From: Lama guanicoe
Lineage: Eukaryota
Length of the DNA stretch: 64,000 bases
Direction: 5' to 3'
NCBI GenBank assembly: GCA_013239625.1
Contig: MU054925.1
Span: 310,001-374,000 of the forward strand
Shown: positions 46,801 through 57,394 of the stretch, in pieces
Numbering within the stretch: the first letter of the stretch is position 1
Layout: each line of letters starts with the position of its first letter
Notes under the pieces: generated by a model
Told to the model about the DNA's origin: nothing
Database searches by the model: none
The model's input: only the letters and a program-made list of their open reading frames with translations
Made by a program: the position numbers and the translations under genes

Positions 46801-49592
46801 CGAGCAGTAATAGCCAGCGTGTAGGTCACCTGGTCCTCATAGTCCAGTGGGGCCTGCAGTGTAATGGCCCCTGAGTCTGCATCAATGCGGAACTGGGGCA
46901 GGTTGTCTTCCAGGAGATAGGTGATTCGAGCATTCTCACCCACATCATCGTCAGAGGCACTGATGACCACTACAGTGCTACCCACTGGCCTATCCTCATT
47001 CACACTCACTGAGTAGTGGGCACTTTGAAAGACAGGTCGGTGAGTGTTGGCATCTGTAATGTTGATGTGCACATAGCAGTGATCATGAAGGGCACGGTCA
47101 GATGCAGTTAGCACCAGCTTGAAGTAGCGTTCCTGCTTGTAGTCCAGTGGCAGAGCCAGTGTCANNNNNNNNNNNNNNNNNNNNNNNNNNNNNNNNNNNN
47201 NNNNNNNNNNNNNNNNNNNNNNNNNNNNNNNNNNNNNNNNNNNNNNNNNNNNNNNNNNNNNNNNNNNNNNNNNNNNNNNNNNNNNNNNNNNNNNNNNNNN
47301 NNNNTTCAGCCGTAGGTGGTACTCCTTCATCGTGAACTCAGGCCGATTGTCGTTAACATCCAGCACAGTCACCGTTACGCTGGCTGAGGCTGAGAGAGGA
47401 GGTGAGCCATGGTCTCGGGCCTCCACACCAAAGAAGTAATGCTCCACAGACTCACGGTCTAGGGGACCACTCACAGAGACCCAGCCAGTGGCACTGTTTA
47501 TCACAAAGGGTGTATCAGGTGCCACACCAGTGAGGGAGTACTCCAATCTGGCATTCTCCCCATGGTCTGCATCCACTGCCTGAATGTGGATGACTGAGTG
47601 GCCCAGAGGTGCATTTTCCAGGACAGAGACCTGGAAGGGAGTGCTGACAAAGATAGGAGTATGGTCATTGATGTCCACCACCTGGATGCTGGCCAGGCCT
47701 GTGTTGTTGGACAGCGGTGGGCGGCCCGCATCCTGAGCCCGGATGCGCAAGGCATACTCTCTTTCTGCTTCAAAGTCCAGAGGTGCCACCACCTGGATCT
47801 CGCCCGTGAGGCTGTCGATGGCAAAGTGGCCGCGGCTGTTGCCACTGATGATGTTGTAATGCACCAGTCCGTTGGCGTCCTTGTCCCGGTCGGTGGCCGT
47901 GACGCGTAGCACCACCGTATGGGGGCGCACATCTTCGCGCACCTGCGCCACGTAGCGCTTCTCGCTAAACTGGGGCGCGTTGTCGTTCTCATCCAGCACA
48001 GTTATGTGCACACGCACGGTGGCTGACCGAGGCCCGGGCTCTTGGCCCTGGTCGCTGGCCTCCACTACCAGCTCGTAGTTTTCCATGTGCTCGCGGTCCA
48101 CGCGACCACTGGTGCTGATGAGACCCGAGCGCGGATCAATTTCGAAGGCGGCGGCTGCGGCCGCGCGCGCAGCCGGCGGCCCCACAAAGCGGTAACGCAG
48201 GTTGGCGTTGGGGGGCGCATCACCGTCTGTGGCACGCAACTGCAGGATAGGGTAGCCCTCCTCCACGTTCTCACGAAGCGTCTCCCGGTATTGCGCCTGC
48301 TCAAATACCGGCGCGTGGTCGTTGCGGTCGGCCACAGTAACGGCCACCATGGTGGTGGCTGAGAGGCGCGGCGAGCCGTGATCCTGTGCTGTCACGCGCA
48401 GGTAGTGGCGATCCATGCTCTCGCGGTCCAGAGCGGCCTCTGTGCGGATGAGGCCGCTCTGCGGGTCGATGCTGAACAGCTCCAGAGAGCGGCTGTTCAT
48501 GAGAGCAGCCAGGGAGTAGACTAGGCGCCCGGCCTCACCCGCGTCTGGGTCCTGAGCCACTACGCGTAGCACCGCGGTACCCGCCGCCTCATTCTCGGGC
48601 ACTAGCGCCTGGTAGTTGTACTGCGGAAACTGTGGGTGGCGGTTCGCAGCGCGACGGGGACGGACCCGGCCGGCTGGAGAAATTCTCCATACTCCTGGCG
48701 GGGCTGGGACCCCAGGGGGGCGCGGCCCGGGGCGCTGCGGAAGGAAGCGGCGGAAGAGACCATGGGAGCGCATGCGCTCGGGCGTCGGCTCGGGAGCTGT
48801 CCGAGACTCGCGGGGTGCTGAACCAGACGCGGGAGCTGTCCTCGGTGTGCGAGGTGCTGAATCCAGCTCAGAGCCAGATACCGCAACCTCGGGAGGGCAG
48901 TCCGACTGGGGGACTGTCCTCTTCGCTCGGAATGTCGCGGTTCTCTCTCTCTGACCCCTGCGCCCCGGCGCCCACAACTCCCCGCAGCAGCGCGTGATTC
49001 CCACTTTTTTGGGGTCACTTCTCCCAATATTCCTCTGGGAGGACATCGACTGGGAACCACGCAGCCGAACGAGAAGGTCCGAAGGGAAGGGAGAGCTGTT
49101 CTCAGGACCCGAGACCCCTGGGGACAGAGCCTCTGGCGACAGACTCTCTCTTCGCAAGGACCCTGTCCGCCCACAAGAGGAGACCTCTGGGCGCCAGCAT
49201 AACAGAGATCCTGGTCCTTGTCCTGTCTCCCGCCCGCGGCTGCCAAATGCCTGGACCCCGTATTCTGCTTCCAGCCTCGGCTGCTCAGAGGGCTTTCGAC
49301 CGCTTTGGGCGCTTTGCTTTTCCCTTCGGAGCCCCACGAAGGCAGGTTCCCTGAATCCCAGGCCAGGCTCTCCATCCTCTCGGACCCCAGGCGGCTCGGG
49401 ACAAAGAGCTAAGGCTCCGCCACCGATCCGCGCCCCTGGCCCAGTAGCGGCAACTACCCCCGGGTCCCAGTCTTGGCCCTTGCAGCCCCCCAGCTCCTCC
49501 TGGCTAAGAGGGAACAAAGAGAGGAGGAGCAGGAGCAGGAGTAGTGGGGTCGTCGGCCCCCTGAGACCCCACCACGGCTGCCGCCTCGCCAT
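25827..49592 (-). CDS. CELSR3: Cadherin EGF LAG seven-pass G-type receptor 3 (adhesion GPCR), 35 exons, 3313 aa
   Basis: Exons 45854-49592, 44385-45035, 43830-44055, 43452-43567, 43008-43096, 42743-42900, 42041-42204, 41659-41784, 41399-41568, 40760-40945, 40068-40184, 39514-39685, 39216-39357, 38995-39115, 38493-38676, 38077-38178, 36523-36617, 36162-36371, 35722-35917, 35314-35469, 34726-34900, 33959-34126, 33610-33736, 33318-33524, 32937-33111, 32622-32734, 32096-32175, 31444-31567, 30924-31040, 30669-30817, 30287-30396, 29820-29978, 29066-29266, 27302-28190, 25827-25854. Sum 9942 nt in frame. Signal peptide, cadherin repeats (DRE, DxND), EGF, LamG, GAIN/GPS and 7TM domains. Confidence 0.98.
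26505..26652 (-). mobile_element. tRNA-derived camelid SINE (vic-1 type) in the last CELSR3 intron
   Basis: Same head as the 12522 copy; TSD ctcactccctctg at 26490 and 26653. Confidence 0.9.
28200..29050. repeat. Degenerate G-rich repeat intron (GGGGCAG…CCCCTGGG motif) with a poly-G-flanked gap at 28809-28861
   Basis: Recurrent ggggcagtccc / gggcagaaaccc / ggaatcccctggg motifs throughout CELSR3 intron 33. Confidence 0.6.
32074..32160 (-). ncRNA. Segment homologous to human MIR4793, overlapping CELSR3 exon 27 and its donor
   Basis: TTTCTCCTCGCTGCCCGCACATCCTGCTCCACTGGGCAGAGG…CCTCTGTGCTGTGAGTTGGCTGGCT closely matches the human precursor as recalled. Conservation may simply reflect coding constraint. 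Confidence 0.3.
36860..37115. repeat. CA-rich, (TCGC)n and (TC)n simple repeats in CELSR3 intron 16
   Basis: Directly visible. Confidence 0.85.
37425..37818. repeat. Degenerate ~30-nt tandem repeat (GGGACCTCAGGCAGTGGGGAGGGGTCTGCA), ~12-13 units
   Basis: Units visible at e.g. 37551, 37616, 37733 and 37763. Confidence 0.75.
37846..37860 (-). CDS. CELSR3: CELSR3 15-nt cassette microexon (adds LRGAG)
   Basis: TGTTTCTCTTGGCTTCTGGGCAG|GATTGCGGGGTGCAG|GTAAGG. Frame-preserving, phase 1-1, strong donor. A CELSR3 isoform carrying GLRGAG is recalled. Confidence 0.8.
43430..45030. promoter_or_regulatory. Intragenic CpG island over CELSR3 exons 2-4 with SP/KLF boxes in intron 2
   Basis: CpG-dense; CCCCGCCCC, GGCACGCCCC, GGCCACGCCCC and CCCGCCCC between 44110 and 44275. 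Confidence 0.65.
45854..49592 (-). CDS. CELSR3: CELSR3 exon 1 (3739 nt): signal peptide, prodomain, furin-type site RPRR|AANR and cadherin repeats; contains a 140-nt N gap
   Basis: ORF track 45828..49808; ATG at 49592 precedes the Leu-rich signal peptide; donor ACAG|GTGAGC at 45853. Confidence 0.97.
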
Positions 49593-49979
49593 CACCCACC
49601 ACTTCCCCACACCGCCTCCACCGTCCCCCGCCCGGGTCCAGACCTTGGGCCCGCCTCGCTGCTCGGGCCCCCACCCGAACCCCTTCCGCCGCCCCAATCC
49701 CCCGCCTCTCTGCCCGTCGCTCCGCGCCGCCGCCACCCTCTGGACACCATCTACTCCGTGGCCAGAGCCCCTTTGACGTGTGGGCCCGGCTTTTGCTGCC
49801 CCCACCATAGCATCCCCGACGCTGCTGCCGCCTCCCGCCGCTCCAACATGGCTCCCGGCCGCTGTGATGGTTCATTCCACCTCCGCCCGGAAGCCCCAAA
49901 CCCAATGGTACAGGCCGTCGCGCATGGCAGCTCTATATACCGAAGTTGTTGCAGCCATCTTTATTGAGGGCAGGGTATA

Positions 49980-50000
49980 AGTGCTACCCACGGTGCTGAA
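49980..50000 (-). promoter_or_regulatory. RE1/NRSE (REST binding site) upstream of CELSR3
   Basis: TTCAGCACCGTGGGTAGCACT versus consensus TTCAGCACCACGGACAGCGCC: perfect left half and canonical spacing. Confidence 0.7.
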
Positions 50001-50071
50001 CAGGGCGCGAAGGTTCACCACCCCTGGATCCACCCTCCTCCTCGTGGCCACCGCCCTCATCCGCCTCCCTC

Positions 50072-50383
50072 CCTCTAGAGCGCTGTCCCAGCTCCGTCTC
50101 CCAGCCTCGTCTCCCAGCCTTTCCTCTGCTTGTGTATCTCTTGTCCCCCTTCCTGAGCACTAGTTCCAAACCCTGCCTGTCCCGGAGTTTGGTCTGAAAA
50201 TTTGGTGCCCATGACATGCAGAGAACGCGTTCTACCTCTAGAGCGCTGTCCCAGCTCCGTCTCCCAGCCTTTCCTCTGCTTGTGTATCTCTTGTCCCCCT
50301 TCCTGAGCACTAGTTCCAAACCCTGCCTGTCCCGGAGTTTGGTCTGAAAATTTGGTGCCCATGACATGCAGAGAACGCGTTCT
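50072..50383. repeat. Perfect 149-bp tandem duplication (50072-50233, 50235-50383)
   Basis: Copies are identical except for an extra 13-bp internal repeat (CGTCTCCCAGCCT) in the first. Confidence 0.95.
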
Positions 50384-50829
50384 CACGACTATTGGGTGGG
50401 AATACCATGTGGAATCCTGGGTTTGGAGGGGACGATGGCTCGACGGGGCCTGGGGCGCCTCCAGCCCCCAAAATAACTTTAACTATTCGATCATTGAGTT
50501 TTAAGTCATGAAACATGTCGCGACCATCTGCTTGGAGCGCCCCACGGAGCAGGGATAGGAGGTGACCTGCCCGAGGCGGAAGCAGAGGCCAAACTCTTCC
50601 CGGCCTTGCCGACCCACAGCAGTCTCCTTGGCTGGGGCTCTTCCACTGGAAGCTACACCCGTCTCCAGGCGGCGAGTCTCGAGTGCTCTGGAATGCCACG
50701 TGGAACCCGGCGTTGCCACAAGCCTACGGACCCGGCTTCCTCGGGTCCCCGCCCCTCTCCCGCTACGACCGCGTCCCTTAATCCGTTGAAGGGACTAATA
50801 GAAGCTCAGTTCTCCTGGCGCTGTGTAAC

Positions 50830-51340
50830 TCCTGGCTGACGTCGGGCTGCCTGACCAATGGCAAACGCCGCGGAATAGACGTCACAGAAGACAAGTCAGG
50901 GCGGGAGGGCAGGGAAAGCCGACCGTTCCTATCGAAAATTCACTGTTTCTATTGGCACAATGGGTGGCTCCGCCCCTATGGCGGACTCATTGTTTGGTGG
51001 GAGGGGGCTCCGCGGGTTCCAGGATAGCCCGGAGAAATAACCCAGGAGGTGCTCTGCAAAGTCTGCAAAGGCAGCAGCGACAACGGGCTGCAGCTCATCG
51101 GGAAAACGGCGCAGGCGTCCCTGGACCGCGGAGAGGTTAAGGGCTGAGTGCCGAAATACTCCAAGGGGCGCGGCTCCTGCTTGGAACCGGCGGAGAACTC
51201 CAGGATAAGGCCTCTGGCCCGCCCCAAATGGTACCTATGACATCACCATCAACCAGTCAGACAGCACATTCTTAGCCCCCAGCCCCTGACTTCCGGGAGG
51301 CGGGGTTCCCGTGGGCTCCGCCCCCGAGGGCCTCACGTGA
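50830..51340. promoter_or_regulatory. Promoter-like module upstream of CELSR3 (CRE-like, CCAAT, GC boxes, ETS)
   Basis: TGACGTC at 50837, CCAAT at 50855, GACGTCA at 50878, ATTGG at 50951; GC boxes near 50900, 50968, 51218, 51298 and 51316. Confidence 0.6.
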
Positions 51341-52911
51341 CTACGGAGAGCTGTTGGAAGGGCTCTGGTGGTACCGTCCCGTGTCTCTACATGAGGACCC
51401 TAAGGCCAGAGCCAGATATACGGTCCTATAAGCGTGAAGGTGTAGCATCTGAAGAGGCGCTGAAGTCGGGACTCGGTTGGATGGGGGTCCAGTCCACGAA
51501 GGAGCTGGAGGAGGGAGGCCAAAGACATGGTTCTGAACGCATATCCGGCCTTCAGGTCCACAATCTAGCTAGTGGAAGGCAGAAAACTTTACACTAACGG
51601 AGGAGAGAGAAAGGTAGGGGGATGCTGGGGTCCCAGAGGAGGAACTTGAGCAGCCAATGTAGCAATCTGGGAAAGCTTCCCAACGAAGATGCTTGAGCAG
51701 AGCCTTGAATAGCCAAGAGAAGGTCGGCAGTTTCAAGGGAAGGGGGAGCCATCCTAGGTCTTAGAAGCTGTGTGGGCAAAAGTGCAAAGGCATAAAGGGA
51801 CCGTGGCCAAGGGAAGTCAAGCCCAGCTCTCCACTAGGGCTAGCACTGCCCTCAACTGATGCTCCTCGTGGAGAGCCAAGACCTACACCTCTCCTTGACT
51901 CCCCTGTCGACTGCAGATGGCTCTCTGTGTCGCTCCCTGCCATTCAGCATCCACCATTGTCCTTTGTGGCTGCTGTTCCATGTAATCCTCCCCCTCCCCA
52001 TCTACACTCACTTCTATGCCACACCCCCAGTGGCAGCTTCTAATGTTCCCTGTAAAGACAAAAATCAAGTATAGTTTCTCTTTCCAAGTCCTCTTTCCAC
52101 TGCCATCTAGAACATCTCAGCCACTCACCTCATGCTTTTTTCTCCCTACTCTGTGTTTGCCCCCTCCTTCCTCCCAGTCAAGTCAGGGATACCTTGCTGG
52201 GAGATGAGGTCAGAAGACCTGGCCAACCCATCCAGCTCAATTATCCAACAGTTCTTTGATCTCACTAAGACTTCCAATCTATTATTCGTCACCTCACCTT
52301 AACCATTAGCCAGTCCTATAACAACTTCTTAGACAAACTCACTGGGCTAAAATCTAACCCCACTTGAAATAGACTATTTGGGAATTCCTCGTCTTTGGAG
52401 AAGCAGAGCATTGCTAGAGAAAAACGTTTCACATTCATGACCACAAACCTCAGTATTATATTGGAGGGCCTTGCCAGTGCAGTAAGGCAAAATTAATTAA
52501 TTAATTAAAAGGTACAAGGATTAGAAAGGAAAAAATTCATTCAAAGGCAACAGGAATGTGTACGTAAAAAAAATCCAAAAGAAATTTTGTCAGTTGTAAT
52601 TTTTGTGTATCAAGTTAAAAAATAAAATTTTAATGATGCTATTTACAATAGCATCATGTAACATAAAATGCCAGGAATAAATATAATGAAAGATATGCTA
52701 TGACTCTTCTCACACACACATAGACATTAAACATTGTGATAATCATTTCATGATGTATGTAAGTCAAATTATTATGCTGCATACCTTAAACTTACATAGT
52801 GATATGTGTCAATTATATCTCAGTAAAAACTGGAAGAAAAAAACATTATTGACAGAAATAAAGACATAAGTGGAGTGAAAAACTATGTTCAAAGATTTGG
52901 AAGATTCAACA

Positions 52912-53370
52912 CAGACATACCTCAGAGATATTATGGGTCCAGTTCCAGACCACTGCAGTAAAGCAAATACCACAGTAAAGCGAGTTACATGAATTTTTTG
53001 GTTTCCCAGGGCACATAGAAGTTATGTTTAGACGACACTCTTGTCTACTAAGTGTGCAATAGCATTATGTCTAAAAAAAGTACATACTTTGATTAAAAAT
53101 TACTTATTGCTTAAAAATGCTATCATCTGAGCAGTCAGCNNNNNNNNNNNNNNNNNNNNNNNNNNNNNNNNNNNNNNNNNNNNNNNNNNNNNNNNNNNNN
53201 NNNNNNNNNNNNNNNNNNNNNNNNNNNNNNNNNNNNNNNNNNNNNNNNNNNNNNNNNNNNNNNNNNNNNNNNNNNNNNCCAAAAGACTTGCTTGATGCAG
53301 GGTTGCCCACCGACCTTCAATTTGTAAAAGATGCACTTTATGCATAGTGCAATAAAATGAGGTATGCCTG
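52912..53370 (-). mobile_element. Second internally deleted Tigger1 copy (N gap 53140-53278)
   Basis: TIRs CAGACATACCTC / GAGGTATGCCTG; colinear with and similar in length to 11642-12103. Confidence 0.85.
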
Positions 53371-53443
53371 ACTGCAAAGATGCCAATTCTTCCCAAATGA
53401 TACATGGATTCAATGCAACTCTGATAGAAATCTCAGTAGAAAT

Positions 53444-53445
<2 letters not shown>

Positions 53446-53482
<37 letters not shown>
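53446..53482. repeat. (TG)18 microsatellite
   Basis: Directly visible. Confidence 0.95.
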
Positions 53483-53485
<3 letters not shown>

Positions 53486-56400
53486 CTGACAAACTAGATT
53501 CTAAAATGTTATGAAGGCCAGGAATACCCAAGACAGTCCTGAAAAAAACCCAAGTAGGAGAACAGCTTCCTCTACTGGATATAAAGAAAGCTATAGAAAC
53601 CAAGACTGAATGTTGCTGGTTCAAGAATAGACAGACCAATGAAACAAAATCCAGAGAGGGGCTTGAAGATGTGTGGAGACTTGGATATTGACAAGGGTGG
53701 CTCTTAAGAGCCAACATGAGGAAAGGATGGCCTTTTCAATAAATGGTGCCGAGTCAACTGGACATCCATGCAGAACAAACTCAGTGAGATCCTTACTTCA
53801 TACTACCCACACAATCAATTCCAGATAGATTTGACATATGAAAAGAAAGACAATACAGCTTTGAGAAGAGAACACAGAAGCTTTCGGCAAAGATTTTTTT
53901 CAAACAGGACACAAAATATACTCACCATAAAGGAAAATACTGAAAAACTGGATTACATTACAATTAAGAACTTCCTTTCACCAAAAGATAGCATTAATAA
54001 TGGAAGAAGATAGTGTAAGATATACGACCCAAGGACTCATATCTGGAATACATACTGCAAACCAATAAAAGACAGACAACCCAGCAGATGAATGGGCAAG
54101 AGATTTGAACAGGTGCTTCACAAGAGGAGATCCAAATAGAGGTAAACTAATGAAAAGGTGCTTAACTTCTTTAGTCATTGTGGAGATGCAAATTTAAAAA
54201 TAAATACTACTGTGCTTCACCAGAATGACTACAAAACAAATGACGGACAATACTAAGTTTCGGAAAAGATATGGAAGAGCTGGAACTCAGACACTACTGG
54301 AGGAGGGTACCTGGGTACAACCACTTTGGAAAACCATTTGGCAATATCTGCCTGTGACTCTGCAGTTCCACGCTTGAGCATATACCCCTCAATATAATGC
54401 ATATGTGCAAGAAGCAGCCACGTACAGCAGTACTGCTTACAGCACTATTCGTGATAGGTGAAACTTGGCGACAACTGAAAGGTCATCAATAGTGGATAAA
54501 TAACTGGGGGCGTATCCCACACAGCACTGGGAATGAACACACTGCAACCACATACTATGACACAGACACATCTCAAAAATTTGATGGTGTGTGACGAAGC
54601 CAGCATTTCTACTGTATGATTGCATTTATAAATAAAATTCAAAAACAGGCAAAACTTATCTGTAATTACCTCTAGGGAGGAGGTCTGGGGAGAAGGGAGG
54701 AGCCAATGATTAAGAGGGGCATGCAAATGGGCTTTGGAAACTGGTGACACTCCATTCTTGACCTGGGTGGTGATTATATTAGCATCCTGTCATAATTCAT
54801 TAAGCTGTACTCTTTGTGTACTGTACACTTCTTAGTATGTTGTTCTCCCATTGAACAAGAGAAAAAAACTGTCCTCACATACTTGGAGCCTTAGTCTGCA
54901 TCTTTTGGGGGCTAAGCAGGCAGGTGGTCTTCACACAACCCCTTACCCCGGAGTTGCCTTATGCATGTGTGTGGCCTGTTGTCCTTGGTCATGTCCACAT
55001 CTGTAGGCACCCATTTCCAGCCCAGAAGTCAGCTCAAACCCCCGCCCCTCATTGCCCCTCAAAATTTGAGTTTTTTCCTTCAGCCACCCCCCAAACACTC
55101 CCCTTTCAGTGGCTTACTTCTTTTTCTGCCCTGTCTCCTGCCTAACCACTTCCTACATCTACCATCCTTCCAGGCAGTCAGAGGTATTCTCTCAAACAGA
55201 CAGTTCCTTCCCTGAGGAATTCTCTGGCTAATCATTTCCCCTGGTGGTTGTAATTCTGTGTAGTGAGACCATCATCAAGGTGTTTGCTGAGGGGTCCTGG
55301 AGTCCTGGACCCTCTTGGTGTATGTTTGCTGCCAGGAGACAGCATTTCTCTGTCAGCTGGGGCTCCTGCCCCCCTTAAAACATGTACAAGGGGCCCTTGG
55401 ACAATCAGGCCGAAGCACTCAGGGGCTTATAGTCATCTCGGCATGGGGCCTGCACTGGGACAGATGGCACAGCACAGCCCTGCTCTTCCCACAAGGCCAG
55501 TGTGTGCAGCCTAACAGGGGACAAAGCAAGGCACGGAGGCCATCAGATGTTCCTGCCTCAGCTTCCTGAGGACTTGTGCTTACCACTGAATTACGCTGTC
55601 TCAGGAGGAGATCCATGGTTCTCTGCCTTCAGCATTCCAAAGAGAAAGGAGTCGTGACTGGAAGCCAGTGCCACTGATTCCAGCTGTGAAACAGGAGGCA
55701 CAGGCCTCCAGGAGGAAGGGTGACCAGGTTGTACCACACACAGCTTTCCTGGGGGCCATTTTGTCAGCTCCTCCTCAGGTCCACGTGAGCCTGTGCACTT
55801 AACCTTCTAGAAGAGTCAACAGTTCAGGAAGAACAACTCCCTGTTGGCACATCTCCTGTGCTTTGCTCTCGTGGACCTGTTTCCCCAAGACCTCACTCCT
55901 AGACTGGCCTTTCTGGGCCCTTGCTGCATTACACTCTGCTGGAAGGGTAATGGCCCTCTGCCTTCAGCACAATGAGAAAGGAAAAGCGGTGACCAGAAGT
56001 CACAGCATCAGTGATTCTGGGTGTGTGCAATCTGATGAGCATCGTCTTGGGTACCACAATGGAGGGAACTGATGGGATCCACTGCTAGCTGCTGTCTGCC
56101 TATTGGTTTGTACTCTCCTCCCCACTTACGGCGACAGACTTTGTTGACTTGGGAGCCCAAAGGGAAAATAAAGTTTTTGTCAAACGGTGGCTTCTAATTC
56201 CCCTCAAACAGTAGTGCACATCTAACCCCACACCTGAGGTACTCTTTTTGTCCTACCATAATTATCAAATCTGTGCTGAGGCTGCAAAATGAGGAGATCT
56301 TGCTAGATCCAATGACAACTGAGGAAGGGAAACAGCTGGGCAGGCCTAGGGGTTCAGGGAGGCCAGGGCTAGGGTAGAGCCCACTTCATTTGAGAACAAC

Positions 56401-56731
56401 AGTAAAGGATGTTGTCTTCAACAGGCAAGAGAGAGATGGCATCCAAGGGAGAGAAGGAGGTAAGTGAAGCCTGGAGGGGCAGCTACCCGCAGGTGGACCA
56501 CAGGACTCCCGCTGGCTGTGGCTGCGGCCCAGGACTGGGAACCCAGGGAAGAGAGGCTGGAACAGAGCTCAAGGGACCTGGATGGAAAGGCCTCTCAGAG
56601 ACCATTACATCCTCAGGCTGGAGCGGGCAGGGCAAGCTAGTGACGAGATCTGGAGGCCCCAGCGCCCCTGCCCATCCTCTCCCACTGCCACCCAGGACCA
56701 TACAGGGAAGCTGGTTTCCAGATGCCTGTGA

Positions 56732-56737
56732 TTTATT
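56732..56737 (-). terminator. NCKIPSD poly(A) signal
   Basis: AATAAA on the minus strand ~660 nt after the stop. Confidence 0.7.
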
Positions 56738-57394
56738 TCCAAAGGTGAGCTGCAGCACATAGGAAAATACACATGGCTTTTCAGTCTACATTTTTACAGA
56801 GAAAATAGATTCTGTCATTGGCTTTATCGTTGCCATCACCCCACTCTGTGAGGCTCCAGGATGGATGGCCTGTCTCCAAGATTCTGCTTTGAAAGCAGCA
56901 GCCTGGCCAAGACCTCCAGGGGTGGGAGTGAGGGCTGGGGGAGCAGATCACATGAGCAGCACTCACTGCAAAGCTAAGGCAAAGAACAGAGCTGGCAGAA
57001 GGTGCCTCCTCTCACCCCGAGGACGTGGCTTGCTGAGGCCCAGGACACAGACCAGGCAGGGCGGTTATGAGGGCTCTGGCCCAGCCTGGAGCAGCAGCAG
57101 GACTCTGGGTGTACGTGTGTGGGGGTGGGGGGCATGCTGAAGAGGCAGCCGACCGGGAGATGGAGGGGCTTCATTCGGTGCACATGGTCCCCCTGCTCCT
57201 GCAGAGCTCCCAGCACATGGTCCGCGATACTGTGCTTGGCCCCTCGCATTAGCTCTACTTCAGGTGGGGGCCCCTGCTCAGGTCCCTTCCACCATCACCT
57301 CCCCTCACACTGTCAGTGTAAAACGTTCTTAGGGCCAAGGCTCCAAGTCCCCTGCACCCTGCCCAGGGCTGCAGGGAAAGGAGGAAAGGAGGTG

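Larger units (their letters stand above)
52450..54870 (+). mobile_element. Old L1 (ORF2 3' part and 3'UTR) with nested Tigger1, an L1 tail fragment and (TG)n
   Basis: L1 text such as ttttcaataaatggtg, gaatgggcaagagatttgaacagg and ggtacaaccactttggaaaa; many stops. Confidence 0.85.

Noticed and set aside
47165-47304. CELSR3 disruption or pseudogenisation
   Set aside because: Only an N gap; the frame is preserved and all other exons are intact.
48994-49776. 260-aa plus-strand ORF, and similar ORFs at 27654-28337, 35231-35965, 39001-39711 and 59741-60448
   Set aside because: Antisense shadows of GC-rich exons; low complexity and no domain signal.
49984-50386. ORFs with internally repeated peptides
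   Set aside because: Fully explained by the 149-bp DNA duplication.
53768-54178. ORFs between CELSR3 and NCKIPSD
   Set aside because: Decayed L1 sequence.
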